The position numbers were made by a program, and so were the translations under genes. Below are positions 1 to 14,333 of a stretch of 64,000 bases of DNA, piece after piece. Source of the stretch: Chrysomallon squamiferum (taxonomy: Eukaryota > Animalia > Mollusca); the NCBI GenBank assembly GCA_012295275.1, contig CM022676.1, positions 186,001 through 250,000 of the forward strand, in the 5' to 3' direction. A model generated the notes under the pieces. That model searched no databases and was not told the origin of the DNA. It saw only the letters and a list, made by a program, of their open reading frames with translations. Every line of letters starts with the position of its first letter. Within the stretch, counting starts at the first letter, position 1.

Positions 1-2640
1 TATTTATTTATGAAATACTTTAATCAGTTTAAACACTCTGCCCTCACTGATTATTTAGTCGAGCTTTTGTATTCGAGTTTTCTATCTTATTTTCTTAATA
101 CCAGTGAACACATCTCACATAAGGGAGGCCACTCTAAATATACCAGTGAACACATCTCACATAGGGGAGGTGACTCTAAATACCAGTGAACACATCTCAC
201 ATAAGGGAGGCAACTCTAAGTATACCAGTGAACACATCTCACATAGGGGAGGCGACTCTAAATACCAGTGAACACCTCTCACATAGGGAAAGTAACTCTA
301 AATATAGAAGTGAACACTTCTCGCATAAGGGAGGCGATTCTAAATATATCAGTGAACATATTTCGCATAAGCTTTTATTTATTTATTTTTTCTTCAGTCA
401 GTCAGTATTCTCTGTTTTCTTTCTCAGTAATCAAATGAATTTGGTACGGAAATACTTATCCTGATAACCAATGCAGTCCACATACAATTTTATATTTTAT
501 TATCAATAAAATCTGAAAAGAATGCTGCGTTTAAATAGTACCACTCTTTGTTCTGTTTCCTTAGATTTTTCTTTTCTTTTCTTATTCATTTTTGTTCATT
601 CTTTAAGCTGTTTCAATACTTTCTTTCTTTCTTTCTTTGCTTCTTTCTTTTCTATCTTTCTTTCTTTCTTTCTCTCTTTTCCATCTTTTATTTCCTATCT
701 TTCATTCCATCCTTCCTTCTTTTTTCTACGTGTTACCATTTCTTTATTATTTATTTATGAAATACTTTAATCAGTTTAAACACTCTGCTCTCACTGATTA
801 TTTAGTCTAGCTTTTGTATTCGAGTTTTCTATCTTATTTTCTTAATACCAGTGAACACATCTCACATAAGGGAGGCCACTCTAAATATACCAGTGAACAC
901 ATCTCACATAGGGGAGGTGACTCTAAATACCAGTGAACACATCTCACATAAGGGAGGCACCTCTATGTATACCAGTGAACACATCTCACATAGGGAAAGT
1001 AACTCGAAATATATCAGTGAACATATTTCGCATAAGCTTTTATTTATTTATTTTTTCTTCAGTCAGTCAGTATTCTCTGTTTTCTTTCTCAGTAATCAAA
1101 TGAATTTGGTATGGAAATTCTTATCCTGATAATCAATGCAGTCCGCATACCATTTTATATTTTATTATCTATAAAATCTGAAAAGAATGCTGCGTTTAAA
1201 TAGTACCACTCTTTGTTCTGTTTCCTTAGATTTTTCTTTTCTTTTCTTATTCATTTTTGTTCATTCTTTAAGCTGTTTCAATACTTTCTTTCTTTCTTTC
1301 TTTCCTTCTTTCTTTTCTATCTTTCTTTCTTTCTTTTTTCTCTGTCTTTTCCATTTTTTATTTCCTATCTTTCATTCCATCCTTCCTTCTTTTTTCTACC
1401 TGTTACCATTTCTTTATTATTTATTTATGAAAAACTTTAATCAGTTTAAACACTCTGCTCTCACTGATTATTTAGTCGAGCTTTTGTATTCGAGTTTTCT
1501 ATCTTATTTTCTTAATACCAGTGAACACATCTCACATAAGGGAGGCCACTCTAAATATACCAGTGAACACATCTCACATAGGGGAGGTGACTCTAAATAC
1601 CAGTGAACACATCTCACATAAGGGAGGCAACTCTAAGTATACCAGTGAACACATCTCACATAGGGGAGGCGACTCTAAATACCAGTGAACACCTCTCACA
1701 TAGGGAAAGTAACTCTAAATATAGAAGTGAACACTTCTCGCATAAGGGAGGCGATTCTAAATATATCAGTGAACATATTTCGCATAAGCTTTTATTTATT
1801 TATTTTCTCTTCAGTCAGTCAGTATTCTCTGTTTTCTTTCTCAGTAATCAAATGAATTTAGATTGGAAATTCTTATCCTGATAATCAATGCAGTCCGCAT
1901 ACCATTTTATATTTTATTATCAACAAAATCTGAAAAGAATGCTGCGTTTAAATAGTACCACTCTTTGTTCTGTTTCCTTAGATTTTTCTTTTCTTTTCTT
2001 ATTCATTTTTGTTCATTCTTTAAGCTGTTTCAATATTTTCTTTCTTTCTTTCTTTCCTTCTTTCTTTTCTATCTTTCTTTCTTTCTTTTCTTTCTCTCTT
2101 TTCCATTTTTTATTTCCTATCTTTCATTCCATCCTTCCTTCTTTTTTCTACCTGTTACCATTTCTTTATTATTTATTTATGAAAAACTTTAATCAGTTTA
2201 AACACTCTGCTCTCACTGATTATTTAGTCGAGCTTTTGTATTCGAGTTTTCTATCTTATTTTCTTAATACCAGTGAACACATCTCACATAAGGGAGGCCA
2301 CTCTAAATATACCAGTGAACACATCTCACATAGGGGAGGTGACTCTAAATACCAGTGAACACATCTCACATAAGGGAGGCAACTCTATGTATACCAGTGA
2401 ACACATCTCACATAGGGGAGGCGACTCTAAATACCAGTGAACACCTCTCACATAGGGAAAGTAACTCTAAATATGGAAGTGAACTCTTCTCGCATAAGGG
2501 AGGCGATTCTAAATATATCAGTGAACATATTTCGCATAAGCTTTTATTTATTTATTTTTTCTTCAGTCAGTATTCTCTGTTTTCTTTCTCAGTAATCAAA
2601 TGAATTTAGTATGGAAATTCTTATCCTGATAATCAATGCA
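1..2640. repeat. Complex tandem satellite, array 1 (~3.5 units of 670-752 bp; runs off the left edge)
   Basis: Unit landmark (ttcttaat)ACCAGTG recurs at ~100, 847, 1517 and 2269. Each unit has 4-7 copies of a 40/42-bp subrepeat (accagtgaacacatctcacata(a/g)gggagg..actctaaat[at]), a unique AT-rich part and a (TTTC)n tract. Confidence 0.97.
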
Positions 2641-2683
2641 GGATCACTGAGTATGGGATCAACATGTAATTTCATTTTAAGAG
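2641..2683 (+). pseudogene. 3' end of a paralog of exon 3 of the GPI-Ig gene, fused to the satellite end
   Basis: ggatcactgagtatgggatcaacatgt matches 13939-13965 at 24/27 nt. It translates as GSLSMGSTCNFILR(G) versus GSLSEGSTCHKVDA(G), with a phase-1 GT at the equivalent position (2684). Confidence 0.75.
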
Positions 2684-3699
2684 GTGCAGATTACGTGAAA
2701 CTTTCTGCGTCGAAATCATAATAGATTCTAACCGGGTTGATTTCACTCCTAGCTGTTAAAATGTGGAAGGAAAAAAACTGAACATCATTTCAAAATAGGA
2801 CAAAAGCAAGAAGAAGAAGCAGGGAAAAATGATGAAAAAATCATTGATTAGTTAAACTTAATCATCCTTGACTTTGAAAGAAATTAATCTTACGATTTAC
2901 TGGAAGAAATTATAGATATTCGTATGCCTTTTGAATGATTTGCTTGTTCTCGATAAATATAAAACCAATATATATACATACACATATATGCTACATATGC
3001 ATATATACACACACAAACAAACCAAACAAAATCAAGACATACATACTAACTTATGTACGTACGTACAGACAGACAAGCATACAGGCATATGTAATTACAC
3101 TATGTGCGAAAGGTCATACACATTTTTCCATTATTTTTTAACTGAAAAAGAGAAGAGATCCAGTCGTCTCCATTCGACTGTTTTTTTTGTTGTTATCTGA
3201 AGTCAGCAGTCTGTCTGACCTCAGAGCAGTCGCTGTAGTAAAGGAAGAAATCACTTGTGATACATTCTGAAATCTTCAGTGCTCTAGTGTTAATCGCATA
3301 AACAATATTAGGAAAGTACAAAGTCATTTGTTTTAACATTTACTATGAGAACACATTTAGCAGGATGTTTGTATTGATATTTGTTCATTTGAAAGAAGCA
3401 AGAAATATAGCTATCAGTTATTTAGAGTTATTTGTTTAATTATTGAAGCTATTTATACGCATATTACTAGTGTTTATGTAGATTCTGGACTATTTATGAA
3501 AGAATTATCGAGTAAGTAATATATTTATACTCCATCTCGTTATATTAAACATAGCCAAGAATGAATGCTCCATTTCATTAAATGAAAGATATCCACAATG
3601 AGTAATAGTTTATACTTATATTTATATTTTAATTTGTTTATATGTAACAAATATAAATATATAAATGTGTATGTATGTGTGTGTGTGTGTGTATATTCA

Positions 3700-3774
<75 letters not shown>

Positions 3775-4044
3775 ACCGGGTCAGGTATTTGATTTTGTTA
3801 TTGTTGTTATTTTTGTTTCAGATACCTACTGGAACATCATCATGTATTGATATTTGAATTTTTAGATCACCTATTTCCTGTTTCTTTGGTTGTGACATTC
3901 AGAATATTGCATTTCAAATAACTGACATATAAATTTCTAAATTAGAAAAAAAAATAGTAATACGAGAAAATGAAATAAAGAGAAATATACACAAAAATAA
4001 CAAAATTACAAATAAAAAAACCCATAAATAAAATTAAAAAAATA

Positions 4045-4083
<39 letters not shown>

Positions 4084-4128
4084 AATAAAATAAGATCTGA
4101 TAAGTATTAGTTCAAAATATATCAGGCA

Positions 4129-5320
4129 AATTGTAATAAAGTTTTTCATTATCTATATGACTAAATCGCTTTTTTTTGTATCTGTCTGCTATTAAACAGC
4201 TTAGTTATTAATTCTTTGATGTGTATATCCTGATTTCTCGTGCTTATATTAATGTCTGTATTTTATGTGACATATTAGTATTAGAGTTATGTGTTACTAC
4301 TCGTATAATAAAGCACTATGTATATTTTGATTTGTTTGATCCTTTCTGAGAAATAATAAAGAACTGTAAATGTTACTTTCAATAAATTTTCTAATTATAG
4401 TTCATGGGGAATTTGTATTTATTTGTTATATATATTACTTTTGGTTCTTAATGTGTAAATTGTGATGCACAGTGGTTTTATATATATACCTTTAATTTCA
4501 ATGCTTAGAACAAACCACAAACAGCAGTAGGAACCCACTAACAAGAACCGTAGCAAACTGAACTTGATACCTTCACTCAGTTTATAATGTCCATAGCATC
4601 GTTTTAACCAGTATCAAAGTTTAAACTATTTTCTGAATCATTGCAGCCAGAAACAGCGAGAAATCTGTATAAATCTATTTTTATCATCAGAGATGTGGAC
4701 TAGGTGTTTTTTCGTTTCCGACTCAGGGCTTAATTGTTGTGTCACGGTCACAATATTACATCCGTCACAAAGTGTCCGTCACTTGTTTTCAAACTAAATA
4801 ATCATAACAGGTAATTTTGTGCAGTTAGGTGACCTGCACTACAAGAGAAAATGTTTATTTTTGCCAGATGATGGTCTGGTTTTTTAAATGATTATCATAT
4901 GTTTGCGTGGCTTAATAACCTGTATACATAGATAGAGTGAATCAAATAGCAGAACATATTAAAATTATGACACAAAACGTGGCATCGTCGTCCTCCAGTG
5001 CTTTCAAATCAGTTCCACCCTATTATCCATTTTATATTGCCACGTGTCATTAACGATAATAATAATAGACTTGGTACCATATCTCCTTCCATCTCACATG
5101 ACAACACAGAGACACTGAGACGTCCTTGTGTTGCTAATGTCATTTTATCCTTTTGTGACAATCACTGCGGTTATCGTCTGTGCAAGCGAAAAGTATGTAA
5201 TTAACATAATTCCGTAATGGTCGCCGCGTATTGTATTCAGCGACACTTGACATGTGTGTATTGTCAAATTGATCTAAATTACTAAGACATAGTTTTTCTG
5301 TCAACCGGCATATCGAAATA
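4129..5320 (+). repeat. Mosaic duplication of three blocks also found at 7694-7986, 12211-12760 and 15200-15700
   Basis: Direct matches, e.g. gcttagaacaaaccacaaacagcagtagg (4503/12220), gacacaaaacgtggcatcgtcgtcctcc (4969/15441) and actcgtataataaagcactatg (4298/7861). Confidence 0.92.
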
Positions 5321-5339
5321 TACTGCAATATATTTAAAA

Positions 5340-6880
5340 ATCCCTAATGTGCATAACTCCGTCATAGTCACCTAAACCATTAATTCCTAGATAACAACGA
5401 TCACACACATACATTCATACGTCCATAAACAATAACACTGTAAGCAATATAAATTTGTTTGGGGGATAATTCTGGAGGTTTTTCATGAATAATTTCGACA
5501 ATAGTTGTAAAAGGGAGAAAACCTGATATTACTTCATATGCAATATCAGCCAGTTTGAAAGAAACACTAAATGGTAATAATTATTTTGTTATATTTAATG
5601 AATGTATTCTGAAAAACTGGATGAGACAATATTTCGTCTGTATCAAGTGGGAAAGTACGTTCCCCATTATTAACATAGTCCCAGTCTGATAACATTTCAG
5701 CATAAAAAGGTTTGATAACCTTCAAAGCATCTTTACTGTAAACTATCTAAAAAATGTCATCATTTAAATTCATATTCACATAATTTCCAAGAAATACGGA
5801 TATTGTATAGTTCCGAACATTTTTAAAATCATTATCAAAATATTTATTTTATATTTTAATACGAAAAGCAATTTCCTTTGATGAAATATCTGTAACACTT
5901 AGCTCACACGATTGTTGTTGAATATTTTATTACAGATGTTTTTCCTTCCCATATAAATTTATAAAATAACTTGTGGATTTCATTTTCTACCCAGTTTGGT
6001 ATATTTATTGTGCTAATCGTATATCAAAGTCTAGATAGAACAAAATATTCCATACTTCTGCTTTTCTGTGTAAAATGAGTTTCCTTTGACTCCATACATT
6101 AATTAAACTACAAATTTTATCTAATTTATTTTTTCAGTTCATACTTTAACATAAGGACTTATTTGGTGCTAAATGTATACCTATAATTTTAACAGAATCT
6201 TTACTTATCGATATCTCAAAGTTAAAAGATAAGTTTTATTTAACAGTCTTACGAAGACAAAGTGCTTCTGACTTTTCTACATTGACTTTTGCCCCTGAAC
6301 ACGACAATACATATATATTGTATTAAAAACAGATTCTACAGACTCAGCATCGCAGACAGTTACATTAGTGTCATCTGCATGCTGAAGTAATAAAGAATTA
6401 AATTCGTTTGTTATTCTAATTCCATTCATGCTCTGTCTTTTTCTAATTAAATTATTCAAGGGTTCAGCTGCAATAACATAAAGCATCATTGATATTGGAC
6501 ATCCTTGATTAACACCTTTTGTACCATGGAGGAAATGTGTTGAATGTCCTTTAATTTTGAACAACTTTTTATATCATTACAGAGCATTTTAATCCACATT
6601 ATAAATTTATCACAAATATTTAATTCTTTCAGAACTTTTAAAATAAATATATGTGACACTCAATCAAAAGCTTTTTCTTCATCAATCTTAACAATAAACC
6701 CTTCAGTATTATTTAACTCAACAATATTTATGACATGTCTTACTGACATAATATTATCAGTAACATCTCTTCATTTTACCCAACAGATTTATTCTGATGA
6801 AATAATAGTTGACGTAACCTTTTTAAGACGATTAGCAAGAACTTTAGAAATACTTTTATAATCTACGTTTAACAGTCTAT
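5340..6880 (-). mobile_element. Decayed L1/Tx1-type LINE ORF2 (reverse transcriptase region)
   Basis: RT motifs on the - strand: LLNVDYKSISKVLANRLK, KIDEEKAFD, GVNQGCPISMMLY and QHADD (ORF 6277-6564), with stops and frameshifts. More decayed upstream ORF2 may extend to ~7600. Confidence 0.9.
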
Positions 6881-9304
6881 ATTTAAGGCGGACGACGTTA
6901 CTTTCCACCATCGAGACAAGCTTAAGAAAAGTTGCTCAAAAACCGAGGTTGATCATCGCTTCCCACCAAGTGCACCCTGCTTTGTCTTTCGTCACTTTTG
7001 CGTGCATCTACGTTTTGTGGGAAACCAGGCACTGGCAGGTTTGTAGTTCTAGGACTTTTAATAGGAAATGAAAACCAGAGTTAGGTAATCGGGAATCATA
7101 TTCCATTCCAGCCGGATCGATTTCTATAAGAAAAGAAAATATTTTAAATCAACAATGAAATAAATATCTTTTTAGATAGGTTCCGCTGATCTTGTTGTTT
7201 TTAAATATAAATTTCTTCAGTTTCATCAGTCTTTTTAAAATAAATGTCCTGTACCATTTAGTAGGTGCAAATTATGGATTCAGTAATGAGTGTTTCCAAA
7301 TTATAATTGGAAAACGATTGACTGCTGTTTATTACTGTAGATCTTGTTATCCTGATTATTTTCTCAACAGAATTCAAAGTCGTTACTTAAATAGTTCCAT
7401 AGTTACGACTCTTTTAATATTGAACAATTACCATATTTTACAAATCTCGAATTTTAGGGCCCATTATGAACTGGATTGTTTCCGATAAAGATTATTTCAT
7501 TATATATCATTTCTTTTAACACATCTACATTGTTCATACACACTGAATAAAGTTAAAGTTCCAAAAATCAGTCATTGTGCTAGACTATTCACTCAATAAA
7601 AAAATTAAATATTTGAAATTTAAAAACTTATATATATATATATATATATATTTATATGTAAACAGAACGGGAAGATTTATATCATGAAAAAATAATTGTA
7701 ATATAGTTTTTCATTATTTATTTGTTCAAATCACGTTTTTTATCTGTCTGCTATTAAACACTTTAATTATTAATTCTTTGATATTTGTATCCTGATTTCC
7801 GGTGTTTATATGAATGTCTCTTTTTTATGTGACTTAATAGAATTGGAGTTATGTGTAACTACTCGTATAATAAAGCACTATGTGTATTTTGATTTGTTTG
7901 ATCATTTCTGAGAAATAATAAAAAACTGCAAATGTTACTAATTATAGAGTTTATGGGGATCTTTTACGTGAGATTTGTTATATATATACACACACACACA
8001 TATATCTATAAAGTAATCTGATTAAAATTGTGAATCACGATTTACACAGTATGAACCAGAACGAATTGACTGAAATTGACTGATTAATAATGTATACGTT
8101 TAAAAGATTTAATTAAGTGATTTTTCTTCTTCTTCTTCTTCTTTTTTTTTCTTTGTTATTGTTGTTTTGTGGAATGATAATACACTAGAAATTTAGTAAA
8201 TGACGACAAAGTAGCACATTTGAATAAAGCAGGTATTTTAATTTTAAATACACAAGTTCAGTACATGATAATATCAGTTCTGATTAGCTATATATGTGAA
8301 AGAAGAAGATATTATGACAAGTTCAGCAAATGATGATATCAATTTACACAATGTTATACACAGAACATTACATAATTTAATGTTAAATCTACTTACAGCA
8401 TCAGATACTACATATTTATTTTTAAACAGAACATTGCAAGTTAACAAGTGATTTATGTTTAACACAGAACTTGCAATATTCTGTTTAAACCTAAACTGTG
8501 CGGTACTTCACGTTACAAGGAGATTTAGCATTAAATTATGCTGTGTTCGTTATGATAAGTAGATTTACAATTGAATTATGCATATGTGTCTATATTAATT
8601 AGAGATGAGACTTTAGAGCTTTTTATTGATTATTTACAAATACTTTATTTCTTCATATAGTTCGTTATAATTATTTATTTATTTGTTTATTATTTTAATT
8701 TTTTTACTGAATTTAATTTATTTGATTTCATTATAATCTCATTACTGTATTTTACTTTAATTTAATATCATTTTTGTTTTCCATTTCGAACAGACATTAC
8801 TGTACTGAAAAAGAATTAAATATAGAAATATTTTTGTAGAAATAAAAAGCCTACAGAAATATCTCTATTCCTTTGGTGTCGTTACTGTTACTTTGTTACG
8901 GTATACAACTGGTGGAATTTACGAAGGAAGATAAATTAAGTGATAAGAGGTTCATTTTCTCAGACGGAAAAATAATTCACATGTGTAAGTAGTTATTTAA
9001 TACATCAGTCTTATTTAATCGTATGACTTCATCTGTGTATCCTTATTATAGGTCTTTACCAAACATCGTGGCAAAAACAAAATACTTACTGAATAAAAAA
9101 AAACCTATGTTAATGTAAGCCGTTGAGGAGTAATCAAAATGAATATATTGTGATTATTATTATTATTATTATCATCATCATCATCATCATCATCAACATC
9201 AACATGATTATAAAATAATTATGATTTAATATTTTCCATTTGTTTTTTCTATGTTCTATTTTTATTTATTTCTTGCTTTAGGAAAATTGGTGAAATTCAG
9301 GAAA

Positions 9305-9365
9305 ATGGCGTTTGAAGGAAAAATATTTTTGATGACGTTTCTGCTGACTCTTAACGTGTCTTTCG
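9305..9365 (+). CDS. GPI-anchored two-Ig-domain protein, coding exon 1 (signal peptide)
   Basis: MAFEGKIFLMTFLLTLNVSF(G). Upstream acceptor ttgctttag ends at 9281 and a phase-1 donor GTTAGT starts at 9366. Confidence 0.8.
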
Positions 9366-9566
9366 GTTAGTTATTACGTCACAAATGAGAGCTTCCCTCT
9401 GTTTTAGTTTCTATTTGCTTTGATTTTCAGAATTCTTGGTTTATTTTTCCCTTATTATTATTATTGTTGTTGTTGTCGTCGTCGTCGTCGTCGTCGTCGT
9501 TCCTGCTGCTGATGTTGTTGCCATCGTCGTCTTCCTTATGATCAAATAATATGAATCACTCACAGT

Positions 9567-9655
<89 letters not shown>

Positions 9656-9815
9656 ACACACACACACACAGAGACACAGACAGACACACACACGGAAACA
9701 CACAAATGCATGTAGAGGCCCGTTTCTACCACATCTAGTAGCATGAATCAATTCAAGATTCGAATAAGAAACTCATTAGATGTTTTTTGTTTCATTGAAA
9801 AAAGACGGGGGTTAC

Positions 9816-9893
<78 letters not shown>

Positions 9894-11328
9894 CTTTATA
9901 TTAACCCATCAGTATCTGTGAAAATTATTTTAATTTCTGTTTTCATGAAATAATTTAGCTCTTTACATAATCTTTTTTCTTCGATCTCTGAAGCCATTAA
10001 CAAACGGAGACCGATCACAGACATTGAAAATTTGCAGTGAGATATTCTGAATGGGTTGAGGAAGTTCACTTGATGATTGCCCTTTGCCAGTAATATTTGA
10101 AAAATATAGTACGAAACGTATACGAAGTGCATCAGAACAAATTTACCAAAACAATGTGTGTGTGTGCGTGTGTGTTTCTTTCTTTCTTTGTTTTGGCACT
10201 GATTATATGATTTATTTCCCCAAATTACTTGTATCAACCCTTGTAGAAGTGACTGCATTGTGAAAGAATATGCTAAAAAGTTTATTAAAGCTGATCGGCG
10301 ACTGACGCAGCCAAAGTGAATTTATATTGGACATTTCCGTGAACACTCGGAAACCATCAAATCATGTTGTTAAACTTCCAAATTCAACAATTTCACATCC
10401 GTTATCTGTATTTTTTTTCTTCTGATTTACACTAATAAAAGTATGGGTGTTGCTCATATTACCAAACCGTGATGTAGAACACCTCTCCTAACTACATTTT
10501 TACCTTTTTCAAACTTTTGAAACTGGATTATTTTTGTGTAAATGGGCGCATAATAAATTGAAAGTAGAATGTTCTAGCAGATTAATGCATTAATTTCTTA
10601 CAATGGCTGCGTTCACCGCGTCAGATGTCATCGGAAAAAAGCTTTAAGTCCGAGTCTGTATTGATTAAATTTACAAAATCTCGAGCCAGTTTCTTACAAT
10701 GACGCAATTCATAAAGTCGCGAATTCTCGTTCCTGTTGGTCCATGCTACCTGTGAACTAGTTTACTACAGATATAAAGACTGGAATTTTAACTAGGTTTC
10801 AGCTTACTTCTCTATAAAAAGATCCCTAATCAAAATGTATTTACTAATTATCGATTTGAGAGATCTGATAAAATTAAAGTTTAAGAACATGTTAAGTTTG
10901 CCTGTTTTTCTGTAAGAAATAATTTCTAGTCAGCTGCACAAATTCTGAATACCTATAACCCTATGTACATACACACAGTATAGGAAGCAAATACATAAAT
11001 TTATTTATGCATAAATACACACATCGATACTTAAACATATACACCCTGAGATAGATACATACATTTACTTATACATACAAATATATGCACACGTACATAG
11101 GCATATTCACACACACATACACACACACACACACACACACAAATACATACATTATGATAATAACAACAATAAAAATAGCATGAAAGATGAGAAGAATACA
11201 AGCAACAACAGAAATAACACAGCTAATAACATTGTTTTTGACTAATATCTCCTTATAGCTAGCGTTGTTGTTTTTTATTTTTTACTCTTCACGTTAAAAG
11301 TCTAAGTATTGGTATTTAACTTTTTCAG

Positions 11329-11676
11329 GTGTCAAACTTTTTATAAACGGATCAAAGTCGCAGGCCCATGAGGGTGACCCTATAATGCTTACCTGTGTGG
11401 CAACCGACGCTGCTAAGTATGCAGGCAGTATTGAATTTAAAAGAGGGTTCATAACTACATCATTGATAGTGCAGACTCGAGAAAAGTGTTCCACAGTAGG
11501 AAAAGTAAATAAATCTTACATCGCATTTTGTGCGGAAGGTTCGCAGGATCCTGACAGCAGCATAAAAGTGTACAAGCTGAAGATAGCGAAAATGCACCCA
11601 ACTGATTTTACGCATTGGTTTTGTAAAGATCTTTATAACGATGTAAAAAGCAACCGCTTCGTTTTGGTAGATCTGG
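11329..11676 (+). CDS. GPI-anchored two-Ig-domain protein, exon 2 (Ig-like domain 1)
   Basis: Acceptor tttttcag, donor GTAAGT, 348 nt, phase 1-1. VKLFINGSKSQAHEGDPIMLTC...YKLKIAKMHPTDFTHWFC shows the Ig B-strand Cys and F-strand DxxxWxC, plus an extra Cys pair. Confidence 0.88.
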
Positions 11677-11735
11677 GTAAGTTTATTGCAGTTTGGATTT
11701 GTTACTCTTTTTACAAATATTCATATTTTTATTAC

Positions 11736-11809
<74 letters not shown>

Positions 11810-13657
11810 ATGTTGCTGTTGCTGTTAGTTTTCTTGTATATGTTTATTTGTTAGTTTATTGATACTGTTAATGTTATTAAGAATCATGTGTCTATTCTTT
11901 CTCAAACAGAATGTTGGTAAGATCATAGCCAAAGATACCTAACCCTAGAACAAAAATTACGAGGTCGGCCACGGAAGGAGAAAATTTCCATTTAGTACCG
12001 TTTCATTGAATAACAAATAAAAGTGTCTAACTGGTTGATATTTTGGGGGTTGCAGTATGTACCATGGTTTTCTGAACGATAATTTTTAGTATTTCATTTT
12101 GCAGAGGGATTCAATATATTCAAAAAGTTCCTATCTTTCAGATAAATGGCAAAATGCTTATCCCCTCTTATTGTTTTTCTGAATGGTTTTCATAATTTTA
12201 CGTCTCACATAATTTCGAGGCTTAGAACAAACCACAAACAGCAGTAGGAATCCACTAACAAGAACCGTAGCAAACTGACCTTGACACCTTTACTCAGTTT
12301 ATAAAGTCAATAGCGTTGTTTTAACCAGTATCAAAGTTTAAACTATTTTTTGAAACAGTGCAGCCAGAAACAGCGAACTCAGCATATTGTCTTCCAGAAA
12401 CAAATCTAAATCGTTTATTTGAAAAGAAATCCGAAGGTATTTGATCATAATTCTCCTAGCACTAGTCGAGGCATCTTAAAATATATATCAGTACGTGACT
12501 AGTATTTGAGAGAGTAATGAAAGGTGGGACAAACTTCATCAGATCTGTACAAAAATGTTTTTATCATTATAGATGTGGACTAGATATTTTTTATTTCCGA
12601 CCAAATATTATATCCGTCACATCTATATATCGATAGACAGATAGAAAATACATAGATAGATAGATAGATAGATAGATATACTTTGTTTTCAAACTCAATA
12701 ATTATAAATGTAGTGTTGTGTACTTACGTGACCTGCATTAGAAGATAAATTATATATTTGAACAAACTGAAGATATAAACGCACGTATTTCTGATTAGTA
12801 ATAAACATTTTCCAAAGCTCTTTTCTCTCTGTTGCCAATTGAACCGGCAGAGTGGCAAGTCTCTTACACAGGACCAAGTTGCTGGGGTACCACGCTAGCA
12901 GTCATCGCAGTGGAATGACCTTCAGTGAAAAGTCCATCAAAATACAACTGCCCTTGTGTCGTTCTCTTAAAACTAAAATTTGTATATAAAGCTCTATTAT
13001 GTTTAAATAATTATTTTCCTGCTAATTGTATTTTTCTATAGGACCTTCTTTTCTCTGTTTAATGTACCTAAGATTTTGCAGCAAAATTGTTTCTTATCTA
13101 AAGTAATCGTAAAAGTAAGATAATGTGAATTAAAAATCATTGTCACATCACGACTGCAAACGAAATCAGTACTACAAGCAAAGTTTCGTGTATATAAAAA
13201 GTGTACAGAAAATTCCATCGCAGCGCTCGACAAAGCCACTGTTATTAAATTATTAATTACTTAATTTATTTATATTTTTGCTAGCTTATGACAGTACAGA
13301 ACTGAGAGTGAGGAAGTAGTCAAATCGCGATAGCGCTACGTAGAATAATACATTTAACCTAATAAACATAAAACAAAATGAAAGAGAAAAAAGGTAACAG
13401 AAGGAAAAGTATTCTTTACTGTCAATGACTCGATCATCCTGAATGGAAAGGTTCAACTTGAACAATAATTGAGAAAAGATGTAAACTAATAGAAGATGAT
13501 GTTATCATTCATACCTTTAGCAACTGACCTTTGAAATAATATCTCGTAGTAGTGACGTAAAATAGATTCGTTTCGGCAATTCTACGTTAAAATATAGTTA
13601 CTTAATTGTGTGTCTTTTCAGAAAACGTTTTTATTTTTTTTTGTTTCTGTAATCCAG

Positions 13658-13981
13658 ATAGAGATGTACAACCAGCCGAAACCTCAATAGACTGTTTATC
13701 CCCCGGTGAAAGGATGAAAACAACGGAAATAATTTGCATTACAAACGGCAAAGTAAAGTATGGTATTTCGTTTTGGGGACCAGATCGAATATTGGAAATT
13801 GCACACTGTGATCGTGATAATAAACATTGTTTATCGTATGTACCAGGCTTTCGAGTTATTAGTTCTGATTCAAAGATTACACTAATTATCAACAAATTTG
13901 ACCCAAGTGCTCATGTTGGAATTTGGAAATGTTCGGACGGATCACTGAGTGAAGGATCAACATGTCACAAAGTAGATGCTG
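13658..13981 (+). CDS. GPI-anchored two-Ig-domain protein, exon 3 (Ig-like domain 2)
   Basis: Polypyrimidine tract plus ccag acceptor, donor GTTAGT, 324 nt, phase 1-1. TEIICITNG...ITLIINKFDPSAHVGIWKC; 6 Cys. Confidence 0.88.
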
Positions 13982-13989
13982 GTTAGTGG

Positions 13990-14134
<145 letters not shown>

Positions 14135-14333
14135 ACGCACACACACACAACCAAAAAATAATCACACAAATGCTTTCTGTCAATTATTTTATTCATTTAG
14201 TAAATATACTGAAAACATTTTAATTTACTCAACGAAAACAACAATAACAACAACACTAATAATAATAATGAAAAATAATAAAATAATAATAATTATAATT
14301 ATAATAATATCTTTCTTTGGCAACTAATTTCAG

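Noticed and set aside
100-370. 40/42-bp subrepeats (also 43383-43614, 44564-45333 and 61873-62066) as CRISPR arrays
   Set aside because: The repeats are head-to-tail with no unique spacers, there are no cas genes, and the context is eukaryotic.
6880-7135. GC-richer insert interrupting the LINE
   Set aside because: No recognisable termini or protein motif.
8357-8582. Imperfect inverted repeats upstream of the GPI-Ig gene
   Set aside because: Short, AT-rich and degenerate; likely an old MITE remnant that cannot be delimited.
9896-10900. 120-aa ORF and coding-like sequence in intron 1
   Set aside because: No motif I can name and multiple stops; probably an unclassified repeat relic.
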